Shown here: in pieces, positions 8,725-16,998 of the stretch
Position numbering within the stretch: position 1 is the first letter of the stretch
How the letters are laid out: every line of letters starts with the position of its first letter
NCBI GenBank assembly: GCA_934101445.1
Contig: CAKORQ010000001.1
Span: 1-53,324, forward strand
Source of the DNA: an uncultured Bacilli bacterium
GTDB taxonomy: Bacteria > Bacillota_I > Bacilli_A > RF39 > UBA660
Length of the DNA: 53,324 nucleotides
Direction of reading: 5' to 3'
Translations under genes and position numbers: made by a program
Notes under the pieces: generated by a model
Database searches by the model: none
What the model was told of the DNA's origin: nothing
What the model saw: only the letters and a program-made list of their open reading frames with translations

Positions 8725-9801
8725 TTACTCCCTCCGTAGTATTTTGGTAAGGTCTAACCTTACCGTTCCAAAAATCAGCTTGGTGTTTATCCCCCGTTCT
8801 TTTCCTGTAAGGATGGATGTATAAACTGCTTTATCAGACAGAATCCTTACTACCTGACCAAAGGACATCTCATCCGGTCTTACCAGGCTGTCCCCGTTTA
8901 ACATAGTCAGTTCAATCAGGTTACTGTAGGAAAGACTGGCGAAACGGTTATGTGCCTCGTTCATTGCTGCCGATTCAAAGGACGAATTCTCATCATGTTC
9001 GACTGCCTTCATCTCACACACCACGGGCGTTATCCTGTCCCGGTCAAAGGTGTCATACCCAAGGTCAGATGCATGAAGAAAATACACCCTTTTATCTGCA
9101 TAATCCGAAGCAGCATCATAAAGCACCAGCTTATTCACATCTGCAGATACCGACTTGATGGTCAGTGATTTCTTTATGATGTTCGGTAAATCGGCTTCTA
9201 TGGTAACCACTCCCGTTCCTGCCCTCCCTACGCAGACCCGGATGGCTCTGTTCTGGATATCCAGTCCTGCATCAACTACAATGCTGTATTTGGAAAGAGC
9301 CGGAATAATAATGGAATCCATCAGATTTACGATATTAAAATGTCCGCCTGCCTGTGCAGGTGTGATATGAAAATACCAGTCCGTGGTAGAAGATGCCGTT
9401 TCCACGGACAGCCCCGGGATGTTCTGCTCTGCGTCCTCATTCTCTATAAACATTTCCGTAATCTTTCTGCAGATATAATCTTCCAGTGAACCCTTTCCCT
9501 GTTCACTGACATCAAATAAAATGTCCGTATCAAACAGTTCCATCAGCGGTTTATAGGATATCTGCATCAGATTCTTGGATTTGTCCGTTCCATAAGTGAT
9601 TTCAGTAATCACTCCGGCATACTCTTCCTTCCCTCTGGAGATACGGATATAGTCCTGCTTTGATATACCTTTCACCGGGAGAATGGTAATGCTGTTTTCA
9701 TCTCCTGAAAGATAGTCTTCCTTATAGGTGACAGAGTCAATATTGGTATTTCCGACCATACGGAATGCCGGAGTAAAGATTTCCACATTATACGGTTTCA
9801 T
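8725..9801 (-). CDS. Siphovirus Gp37-like baseplate/tail-tip protein
   Basis: Position between Dit and fibre; N-terminus MKPYNVEIFTPAFRMVG... is typical of ReqiPepy6 Gp37-like proteins (recognised by eye). Confidence 0.65.
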   Translation of the reverse strand: MKPYNVEIFTPAFRMVGNTNIDSVTYKEDYLSGDENSITILPVKGISKQDYIRISRGKEEYAGVITEITYGTDKSKNLMQISYKPLMELFDTDILFDVSEQGKGSLEDYICRKITEMFIENEDAEQNIPGLSVETASSTTDWYFHITPAQAGGHFNIVNLMDSIIIPALSKYSIVVDAGLDIQNRAIRVCVGRAGTGVVTIEADLPNIIKKSLTIKSVSADVNKLVLYDAASDYADKRVYFLHASDLGYDTFDRDRITPVVCEMKAVEHDENSSFESAAMNEAHNRFASLSYSNLIELTMLNGDSLVRPDEMSFGQVVRILSDKAVYTSILTGKERGINTKLIFGTVRLDLTKILRRE

Positions 9802-10621
9802 AACTGATCTTCCCTTCTACCAGTACATCAAGCATATTTAAGCCGTCATGGGTTACCGAGATACGGTTCGTTCCATGCTGCAGATGAAAGAACCTCTCCG
9901 TTGTGAAATCACAGACCTGATACCTGTCCGCTACAACCTCATCCGAGACTCCCCTCTCCGTTATGCTGTAAGGAACACTTGTTGAGTCAATTACCAGCTT
10001 ATGATCACCGGAAATGATTCCCTCATATCTCCCGGTCTCATACAGTTCATTATTCACATAATGTTTCCATACCGGATTTTCCGCAGGACCAAAGATGGTA
10101 ATTCTGCATGGAGAATCTTCATAAGAATCCGAATCGATCAGGATGGTATTCTTGGATTCATCCGTATAGGAATAAGTATATTCATACGGATACACCTTCC
10201 CTCCAACTGCGATGGTTTCTGCATATTTCTGTACCGTTCTGTAAAACAGTCCGGCTGCCAGAAATACAACATCACAGTTCAGACACTGACCGCCGTTTTC
10301 CAGTTCTGCCTTTCCAATCTCCACAAGCCTCACGGGAACCCGGAACGTTTCTTCCATTTCATACATAAGAGTCAGGGGTACGGCTCTCACGAATCTTGTA
10401 AATTTTCTATATGTCTCATAAGGACTCTTTCCTGCAAACAGGATTTTTCCTTTCATCTGCCCCTGGGAAAAAATTTCCTCAAGTGCAAAAAAATCCGTTC
10501 CTATCTGTTCATACTGGGTATTATCCTTATAGCCGAATCCTTCCACGGAATGGAAGAAAGCAGTCCGGCTGTTTAAGTCAAAACTGCTTCCTTCGGCATT
10601 AATCAGTTTAAATTTTCTCAT
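9788..10621 (-). CDS. Distal tail protein (Dit)
   Basis: 277 aa, immediately downstream of and overlapping the tape-measure gene; canonical position. Confidence 0.7.
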   Translation of the reverse strand: MRKFKLINAEGSSFDLNSRTAFFHSVEGFGYKDNTQYEQIGTDFFALEEIFSQGQMKGKILFAGKSPYETYRKFTRFVRAVPLTLMYEMEETFRVPVRLVEIGKAELENGGQCLNCDVVFLAAGLFYRTVQKYAETIAVGGKVYPYEYTYSYTDESKNTILIDSDSYEDSPCRITIFGPAENPVWKHYVNNELYETGRYEGIISGDHKLVIDSTSVPYSITERGVSDEVVADRYQVCDFTTERFFHLQHGTNRISVTHDGLNMLDVLVEGKISYETV

Positions 10622-13600
10622 AGATACGCCTTTCCAAGCTGACGGTTCAATCCGCCTGCCAGTTCTCCCACAAGGGTTCCGGAATCAAGAACAACCTTCT
10701 GATTTGCCATCTGCGGCAGATATTTGGAAAGCATGGCCGTCAGTCCGCTGATATCCGTCTCCTGTCCGCTGCCATTATGATTCTGTATGGCAGCCGTACC
10801 TTTTGTTCCAGGAATCATGGCAGATGCCAGTTCACTCATGGGGCCTTTCAGTTTTCCAAGGTTACCTTCAATACCTTTCCCCATAAGTTCAATCATGTCC
10901 GGCATATAAGTGTGAAAATTGGAAAGCGGTCCCTTTTCCGGTTCAGAAAATCCGATGTAGTCCCGGATGGTGGATGCAATGTTTCTTACCTTATCCACAA
11001 GAGAACCGATCATGGAACTGATACCGGATATCAGGTTACTGATGATATCCTTTCCCCAGGTAAAGGCACTTTTTGCAATTTCAGCAAAAGCACTCCCGAT
11101 ACTTCCGACCTTTTCTTTTATGGTGGATACCATGTTCCCCATTCCGGCAGCCACAGAGGATACCAGATTAGACAATCCGCTTGTAACATTCCCCTTGATT
11201 TCCGACAGTTTAGAACCAATCGTGGATGCAATATTCTGCAGTCCCGATGCTGTCCTATCCTTCATGGTATTCAGGTTGTTCGTGAAGGTCTCTGCCACGT
11301 TATGGATAGCAGAGGAAAAGTTCTCCTTCATATCCCCGGCAATGGACACTACCTTATCTTTGATGCTGCCCCACAGGCTTTCCGTATTGGATTTGATGGC
11401 ATTCCAGCCTTCCACTACTTTATCCTTCATGTGGGACATTGCCTGTGAAGTATTTTCTTTCAGGCTGCTCCACGTATTCTGAACAAAATCCCTGATATTA
11501 GATGCAATGCCTGTAACCGTATCCTTTATGCCGTTCCATATAGAAGAAGAAAATTCCTTAAGTCCCGTCCATGCATCGGAGATGGTATCCTTCACGGAAG
11601 ATGCTGCACTCTGCGTGGAGGACTTGATACTTTCCCATGCAGAACCGATTTCTTCTTTCAGACCGTTCCATGTAGAAACGGTATTTGATCTGATATTCTC
11701 CCATGCAGAAGCCACCCCGCTTTTGATACCTTCCCAGGCTGATGAAGATGCCGATCTGATTCCCTCCCAGGCGGTTGATACAGCTGTTTTCACACTGTCC
11801 CATGCTGTACCAGTGACGGTTTTGACACTCTCCCAGGCTGAAGAAAGACCACTCTTGATATACTCCCATCCGCTGGATGCCACGGTTTTGATTCCTTCCC
11901 AGGCACCGGAGAAAAAGGACTTAATCCCTTCCCACGCAGACACGAAAATGTCTTCTACAGCATTTAAAAAGGAATCCCACGCATTACGGAATCCCTCACA
12001 ATTGTCATATATTAATTTGAATGCCCCAGCTACCGGATTGACAAGGAACAGCAGAAGTCCCTGCCAGTTGTTCTTAATGAAATCAAGCACCCCGGAGAAT
12101 ACCGACTTGATTCCGTCCCATATTCTCACAAAGAAGTCCTTGATTCCTGTCCAGAGATTGATCCAGAACTCCCGGAAACCGTCACATTTATTCCAAAGGA
12201 CAGCAAATGTGGCTACCAGTGCCACAATGGCTGCAATCACAAGTCCGATAGGATTGGCAAGCATCACCGCATTTAATGCACCAAACACTCCGGTCACTGC
12301 ACTGATGGCACTTCCCATTGCAGGGAGAATCGTCAGGATCGTTCCCACTGCAGATACGATCTTGCCGATTACCAGAAGTACGGGACCGATAGCCGCTGCT
12401 ATGGCTGCAATCCGCACGATGGTTTCTTTTGTCTTTGGATCCATAGCATTCAGCTTATCGATGATCTTCTGAATAAAAGACACCACATCCCGGATAACCG
12501 GAATCAGTATCTCGCCAAAGGAAATGGCAAGTTCCTCCAGCTGCGATTTTAAGATAGTCAGCTGTCCGGAAAGGTTATCCTGCATCACATCCGCCATATG
12601 CTGACTCGTGCCGTCACAATTTTCAATGGCACCTGACAGCTTATCAATATCAGCCGGAGCTGCATTCATAACGGCAAGGAAACCGGACATGGCATTCTTA
12701 CCGACAAGTGCTTCTGCATTAGCAGCCTTTTCCGAATCGCTCATCCTGCCGAATGCCACCCGGCAGTCTGCCAGAATATCATTGAGGCTTCTCATGCTGC
12801 CATCTGCATTGGTAGTACGGATTTCCATCTCTCCAAAGGCAGCCCCTGTGAATTTCACTTCCCCTGCAAGATTATTCATCATGGTACGCATGGCGGTACC
12901 AGCTTGGGAAGATTTAATTCCGGCATTGGCCATAAGACCGATTGCCTCTGCCGTATCTTCTGCTGAAAATCCCAGCGCACCTGCTATGGGCGCACAATAC
13001 TTAAAAGTCTCACCCATCATGGATACATTGGTATTTGCATTGGAAGAAGCTGCCGCCAGAATATCAGCAAAATGCCCTGAATCAGCAGCGGTAAGTCCGA
13101 ATGCTGTCAGGGCATCTGTTACAATATCCGATGTGGTTGCCAAATCTTCTCCGGAGGCGGCAGCAAGGTTCATGATTCCTTCAATACCGGAAAGCATATC
13201 CGAAGTTTTCCATCCGGCCATAGCCATGTAGTTCATGGCTTCTGCTGCCTCGGTTGCGGAGAACTTGGTCCTGGCTCCCATCTCCCTTGCTTTTTCCCTT
13301 AAGGAATCAAACTCATCACCTGATGCCCCTGACACTGCCTGAACCTGTGCCATAGCGGAATCAAAGTCTGCTGCCGTCTTTACCGCTGCTGTTCCCAACC
13401 CGATGACCGGAGCCGTGACCGTTTTGGTAAGGGCAGAGCCAACGGATGATATGTTATCACCCAGTTTTTTCATGTTCTCACCCGTATTAGCAAGTTTCTG
13501 CAATGCTACGGCTGACTGGTCCGCCTGTTTCTCCAGCTTTTCCAGCTGCTGTTCTGTTGCGATGATTTCCCTCTGCAGGGCATCATACTGCTGCTGTGAG

Positions 13601-13872
13601 ATTTCCCCGTTTGCAAGTTTCTCATTAGCCTGCTGGGCTGCCTCCTTTAACTGCTGTAATTTCTCCTTTGTTTCCGAAACAGCCTGTGCCAACAGCTTAT
13701 GTTTTTGTGTAATCAGTTCCGTATTGCCGGGATCAAGTTTTAATAAGTTATTTACATCCCGAAGCTGTGACTGGGTACTCTTGATTTCCGAATTGACCGA
13801 TTTTAAGGCTGTGGAAAGTTTTGTAGTATCTCCACCGATTTCCACGGTAATTCCGGCTATTCTGTTTGCCAT
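10618..13872 (-). CDS. Tail tape measure protein
   Basis: 1084 aa. N-terminal coiled coil; TMP core (MAQVQAVSGASGDEF...AMNYMAMAGW); central hydrophobic segments; long 11-residue Trp-periodic repeat region. Confidence 0.95.
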   Translation of the reverse strand: MANRIAGITVEIGGDTTKLSTALKSVNSEIKSTQSQLRDVNNLLKLDPGNTELITQKHKLLAQAVSETKEKLQQLKEAAQQANEKLANGEISQQQYDALQREIIATEQQLEKLEKQADQSAVALQKLANTGENMKKLGDNISSVGSALTKTVTAPVIGLGTAAVKTAADFDSAMAQVQAVSGASGDEFDSLREKAREMGARTKFSATEAAEAMNYMAMAGWKTSDMLSGIEGIMNLAAASGEDLATTSDIVTDALTAFGLTAADSGHFADILAAASSNANTNVSMMGETFKYCAPIAGALGFSAEDTAEAIGLMANAGIKSSQAGTAMRTMMNNLAGEVKFTGAAFGEMEIRTTNADGSMRSLNDILADCRVAFGRMSDSEKAANAEALVGKNAMSGFLAVMNAAPADIDKLSGAIENCDGTSQHMADVMQDNLSGQLTILKSQLEELAISFGEILIPVIRDVVSFIQKIIDKLNAMDPKTKETIVRIAAIAAAIGPVLLVIGKIVSAVGTILTILPAMGSAISAVTGVFGALNAVMLANPIGLVIAAIVALVATFAVLWNKCDGFREFWINLWTGIKDFFVRIWDGIKSVFSGVLDFIKNNWQGLLLFLVNPVAGAFKLIYDNCEGFRNAWDSFLNAVEDIFVSAWEGIKSFFSGAWEGIKTVASSGWEYIKSGLSSAWESVKTVTGTAWDSVKTAVSTAWEGIRSASSSAWEGIKSGVASAWENIRSNTVSTWNGLKEEIGSAWESIKSSTQSAASSVKDTISDAWTGLKEFSSSIWNGIKDTVTGIASNIRDFVQNTWSSLKENTSQAMSHMKDKVVEGWNAIKSNTESLWGSIKDKVVSIAGDMKENFSSAIHNVAETFTNNLNTMKDRTASGLQNIASTIGSKLSEIKGNVTSGLSNLVSSVAAGMGNMVSTIKEKVGSIGSAFAEIAKSAFTWGKDIISNLISGISSMIGSLVDKVRNIASTIRDYIGFSEPEKGPLSNFHTYMPDMIELMGKGIEGNLGKLKGPMSELASAMIPGTKGTAAIQNHNGSGQETDISGLTAMLSKYLPQMANQKVVLDSGTLVGELAGGLNRQLGKAYL
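11617..11940 (-). repeat. Ten consecutive 33-nt (11-aa) tandem repeats inside the tape-measure gene (consensus xAWExIKSxxS)
   Basis: Trp at TMP residues 647, 658, 669 ... 746 (exact 11-aa spacing). A looser continuation reaches ~residue 834. Confidence 0.85.
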
Positions 13873-13896
13873 CTACTTTCCACCCCCATTTTAGGT

Positions 13897-13921
13897 ACAA
13901 AAAAAGGAGCCACTTGGCTCC
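13897..13921 (-). terminator. Second of two tandem terminators downstream of the MazF-like gene
   Basis: Minus strand GGAGCC-AAGU-GGCUCC followed by U7. It lies just upstream of the TMP RBS. Confidence 0.6.
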
Positions 13922-13922
13922 A

Positions 13923-13952
13923 TAAAAAAGGCACCAGCTAAAAGCTGATGCC
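13923..13952 (-). terminator. First terminator downstream of the MazF-like gene
   Basis: Minus strand GGCAUCAGC-UUUUA-GCUGGUGCC (9 bp, one G-U pair) followed by U6. It starts about 10 nt after the stop codon. Confidence 0.6.
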
Positions 13953-13962
13953 CTGTTTTTCA

Positions 13963-14307
13963 TTATGCTACTAAATTAAATTGAATTCTCAATGCCTGAG
14001 CTATTTTATTAAGTATTCCGGCATCCCAAATTGAACCAATCTGTTTTTGTAACCTTGATTGATCCAATGGCATTGTCTGTTCCAAAAGTATGACACTTTC
14101 CTTCTGCAATCCACACCCTTTAATATGTACATGGGTTGGAATACAATGTTTCCCCAGTTTAGAAGTTAACGGAGCAATCGATACCATCGTAGAATATTGA
14201 TTGAATTTATTATTTGATACAATCAATACGGGACGACACCCCTGTTGCACACTGCTCCCCTCCAATACAGGTAAGTCAGCATAATAGAGATCACCAAATT
14301 TGTACAT
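13963..14307 (-). CDS. MazF/PemK-family type II toxin (endoribonuclease fold), solitary
   Basis: GDLYYADL...GSSVQQGCRPVLIVSNNKFNQYSTMVSIAPLTSK...IPTHV...SVILLEQTMPLDQSRL matches the PemK/MazF motif pattern. GGAGG RBS; 114 aa. Confidence 0.85.
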   Translation of the reverse strand: MYKFGDLYYADLPVLEGSSVQQGCRPVLIVSNNKFNQYSTMVSIAPLTSKLGKHCIPTHVHIKGCGLQKESVILLEQTMPLDQSRLQKQIGSIWDAGILNKIAQALRIQFNLVA

Positions 14308-14468
14308 GTTTTGTCCTCCAAATCTAAAGTTTATAGTATTTGGAGCAAGGCAGATGCGAACTAATTCTTCCCATCTGCCTTTCTCCGTAACCGGAACATG
14401 TATTTTTCAAAGCGTTTTCCTATCTCTATCTTCATTAATTATCCTCTTTCATTTTATTGGATAAGCTT

Positions 14469-14497
14469 GTTATAACATAACTCATGTTTTTAATCAA
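14469..14497 (-). promoter_or_regulatory. Candidate sigma-70-type promoter for the MazF-like moron
   Basis: Minus strand TTGATT - 17 nt - TATAAC, inside the 221-nt AT-rich gap between gpT and the toxin gene. It would give a ~155-nt leader containing an 8-bp hairpin (14349..14379). Confidence 0.3.
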
Positions 14498-14528
14498 TAC
14501 CACGTTCCAAAGTTGATAAATGCATTCA

Positions 14529-14693
14529 CTAGAACTTATTAAAATCCTCCTGTGTTGCCAAAGGAAGATACTCATAATCATCATTCTGGCTTTCGATAAA
14601 AATATCATTAACCATTCCTACCGTCAGCAAATCAAGGTCCCGTAAAGACAACCCGATTTGCAGACACCTCAGCAGGAATAATGGTGTTGTCAT
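14529..14693 (-). CDS. gpT-like C-terminal extension of the tail assembly chaperone (made as a G-T fusion by -1 frameshift; it also has its own ATG in an ATGA overlap)
   Basis: 54-codon ORF in the -1 frame relative to 14690..15067. That frame is open from the A8 slippery run through to the stop at 14529. Confidence 0.6.
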   Translation of the reverse strand: MTTPLFLLRCLQIGLSLRDLDLLTVGMVNDIFIESQNDDYEYLPLATQEDFNKF

Positions 14694-15067
14694 TTCACGC
14701 TCTGTTGGACGAAGTTTTTTTTAGCTTCGGCATCCGTTTTAATGTTCATCCCCCATAACTCGATAAGCTGTGGCAGAACCTGATAGATGGAAAATGTGTT
14801 GAATTCGTCCAACCATTCCTCCACTTCATCCGGAATGGAAGGGTCTGCGTGTTTGGCCATAATAAAAGCAATGTTCTCAAACATCTCAAGGGAAAACAGG
14901 TCAAGGTTACTTTCCTCTTCCGAATTATCTCCCAGGTTCTTTTCCAACAGAGAAATATCCTTATAGATATCTCTTTGAAATTTCAGTCTGTAAATACGGG
15001 GAATGGCGGCACTCGCTTTGAATGCCACCTCTTTCCCATCAATTTCAATCGTTCTTCTTACACCCAT
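14690..15067 (-). CDS. Tail assembly chaperone (gpG-like)
   Basis: 125 aa, acidic, located between the major tail protein and the TMP; has a slippery run near its 3' end. Confidence 0.75.
   Translation of the reverse strand: MGVRRTIEIDGKEVAFKASAAIPRIYRLKFQRDIYKDISLLEKNLGDNSEEESNLDLFSLEMFENIAFIMAKHADPSIPDEVEEWLDEFNTFSIYQVLPQLIELWGMNIKTDAEAKKNFVQQSVK
14715..14722 (-). other. -1 programmed ribosomal frameshift slippery site (A8 run, GCU AAA AAA AAC) of the tail chaperone G/GT pair
   Basis: The T8 run on the plus strand is A8 on the coding strand, 8 codons before the G stop. A -1 slip reads ...KKKLRPTEREMTTPLFLL... into the gpT frame. Confidence 0.6.
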
Positions 15068-15079
15068 ATACTCTGCCTC

Positions 15080-15688
15080 CTACTTCTTACCTTCTGTAGT
15101 ATCCGTTTCTTCTTCCTCATAACCGCCTACGGCATCCGGCTGATATACTGCCTTGTACCAGCCGTTATAAGCAGCTGCTTTTGTGGTATCTCCGGATTTT
15201 GCCTTAACCAGCCCATTGGCAAGCGGACGGGCTTTGATGGTCAGTTTCTCCGTCTGTACTTCCTTTGTTGCCTCATTAGTCTTGGAAGAAATGCTGGGTC
15301 TGGATGCAGAGCAGTTATACAGTACATGACGGATTTTTTTCAGATCGCCGTCAAACTCAAACAGCAGTGCAAAGTGTCCTACCTGTGAATTACTGTTTTC
15401 CACAAGAACATTATTGGAATCTGTCGTTTCATTTAAAATTCCGGTACTGAAAGCCTCCGGAATAAGTGCAATCTCCAAATCTCCGGAGTAGCCCTGATTG
15501 GAATTGATAACAAAATACTCCACTCCATCTGCATAGAAGGATTCCGGTTCTCCTTCCGGATCAAGGGAAATGGATACCGCACCGGGAATGGGAATCGGCG
15601 TATCCCATGTGATTGTCCCATTCTCTGCTTCTCTTAATGGTGCGAAATGGACATTGCTCAGATTGAATTTCACTTTATTCTTAGCCAT
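15080..15688 (-). CDS. Major tail protein (phi13-type)
   Basis: MAKNKVKFNLSNVHFAPL...TWDTPIPIPGAVSISLDPEGE..FYADGV pattern; canonical position. Confidence 0.8.
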   Translation of the reverse strand: MAKNKVKFNLSNVHFAPLREAENGTITWDTPIPIPGAVSISLDPEGEPESFYADGVEYFVINSNQGYSGDLEIALIPEAFSTGILNETTDSNNVLVENSNSQVGHFALLFEFDGDLKKIRHVLYNCSASRPSISSKTNEATKEVQTEKLTIKARPLANGLVKAKSGDTTKAAAYNGWYKAVYQPDAVGGYEEEETDTTEGKK

Positions 15689-15690
15689 TT

Positions 15691-16008
15691 TTATACCTCC
15701 ATTTGATACAGGACTTCATACAGCTTTTCGCTTGAAATCCATACTTCTGACTTATCATAAAAAAGACCATGCCCTATAAGCACAGCCTCTACCTTTTCCT
15801 CCAAATCGATATCCTTATAATCTGTATAAAGTTCGATATGAAGTTTATTCACTTTAAAATAGGTAACCCCATCGGCTGCAAAATTATCTGCTCCTGGATA
15901 GAGATACACAAGGAAAGGCGAATCAGGGGACTCCCCTTCCGCAAAATGATGATATGCAAATGGAAGTTTCATTTCTTCCAGCATTTTGGTTACGTTCTCT
16001 GCCGTCAT
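15691..16008 (-). CDS. Tail terminator/completion protein (assigned by position)
   Basis: 105 aa, between the gp10-like gene and the major tail protein gene, overlapping its neighbour. Confidence 0.5.
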   Translation of the reverse strand: MTAENVTKMLEEMKLPFAYHHFAEGESPDSPFLVYLYPGADNFAADGVTYFKVNKLHIELYTDYKDIDLEEKVEAVLIGHGLFYDKSEVWISSEKLYEVLYQMEV

Positions 16009-16373
16009 AAACCTTCCTCCACTGCTTTCTTAAGCTCCGAAACAGCCAGTGTTTCTCCTTTTGCGATATGAGGTTTTGCCTTTGTCCTTCCCCCGCCACG
16101 CTTGGCATGTCCATATTCCAAAAGGTGTGTCAGCTGGTACTTTTTTGCATGAACAACATAGGTTGCACCAAGAGAAGAATTGGCAGTCTGTGTAATCTCC
16201 CATGACTTTTTATATGCTCCCGTATCTACCGGAGCGTTCTCCTGTATCTTCTTTTTCACATCATCTGCCACATCTTTCACGATGGTCTTTACTTTGGAAG
16301 CTGACAATTCTACATAGTCCTCAAATTCCTTCGCTATGGCGTTTCCCATCTCATCAACGGATACTGTTTTCAT
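16005..16373 (-). CDS. HK97 gp10-family head-tail joining protein
   Basis: KKYQLTHLLEYGHAKRGGG motif and position. Confidence 0.75.
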   Translation of the reverse strand: MKTVSVDEMGNAIAKEFEDYVELSASKVKTIVKDVADDVKKKIQENAPVDTGAYKKSWEITQTANSSLGATYVVHAKKYQLTHLLEYGHAKRGGGRTKAKPHIAKGETLAVSELKKAVEEGL

Positions 16374-16375
16374 GA

Positions 16376-16711
16376 CTACCTCCTTACAAGCTCGGCATGG
16401 AACTTCAAACTCCTGTGCTTAAAAGCCATATCATCTACAGAAATAATATTGTAAATTCTATCTCCCAGCAGAATCCGGAAACCATCAGGAGTTATTGCTG
16501 CTGTTTCTGAAGAATACCGGACTGTAAAATCCATCCGTTCTGCGTGGACAGTCTGTGCTGTCTCTTCCCCTTCCTTTTCCCCGGTCTTGGTACTGGTAGT
16601 CGCATAGCAGGAATAATAATCTGCCCATACATTTTTATGGTTGCCAATTTTATCTGTTACCACTGCATTTTTTTGAATGGAGATTCTTACATTCATAGCA
16701 GAAATGTGCAT
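16376..16711 (-). CDS. Head closure / head-tail adaptor (SPP1 gp16-type)
   Basis: MHISAMNVRISIQK...DKIGN...W..Y..CYA pattern. The start at 16711 forms a TGATG overlap with the upstream stop. Confidence 0.75.
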   Translation of the reverse strand: MHISAMNVRISIQKNAVVTDKIGNHKNVWADYYSCYATTSTKTGEKEGEETAQTVHAERMDFTVRYSSETAAITPDGFRILLGDRIYNIISVDDMAFKHRSLKFHAELVRR

Positions 16712-16986
16712 CAGAATGCCTCCTTCCTGTCCCCACAAAGCAAATAACGAAGTGAACTTATCAGGGCATGATGGTCAGCTTCTTCCCGATGTTCATAGAG
16801 ATAAGCTGTTGCATAGAGAACGGCAATCTCTATCTCTGGTATGCATGCAAAGGACTCCTCCGGTGTTACCCGAAGGATATCCCTACAGATTTTTTCCGCA
16901 GACTGGACAATACCAAGAATCAGAGCATCTTCATCAGTGGTATCCACACGGAGATACTGTTTTACCGTTTCTAATGCAACAACCAT
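16711..16986 (-). CDS. gp6-like head-tail connector protein
   Basis: LETVKQYLRVDTTDEDALILGIVQSAE motif. Confidence 0.8.
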   Translation of the reverse strand: MVVALETVKQYLRVDTTDEDALILGIVQSAEKICRDILRVTPEESFACIPEIEIAVLYATAYLYEHREEADHHALISSLRYLLCGDRKEAF

Positions 16987-16998
16987 CCTCTATCCTCC

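Noticed and set aside
10777-13894. Several long plus-strand ORFs (223, 171, 321, 207 and 163 aa) inside the tape-measure region
   Set aside because: They are antisense to a very well supported 1084-aa TMP gene. Their translations are low-complexity (Ser/Pro/Ala/Phe-rich) mirror images of the repeat region, and they have no RBS or motif.
14308-14528. Possible MazE/PemI antitoxin upstream of the MazF-like gene
   Set aside because: The only same-strand ORFs are 16 codons and 24 codons (MKIEIGKRFEKYMFRLRRKADGKN, 14361..14435). Both are far too short for AbrB/RHH-type antitoxins. I kept this as an open question in the findings rather than annotating a gene.
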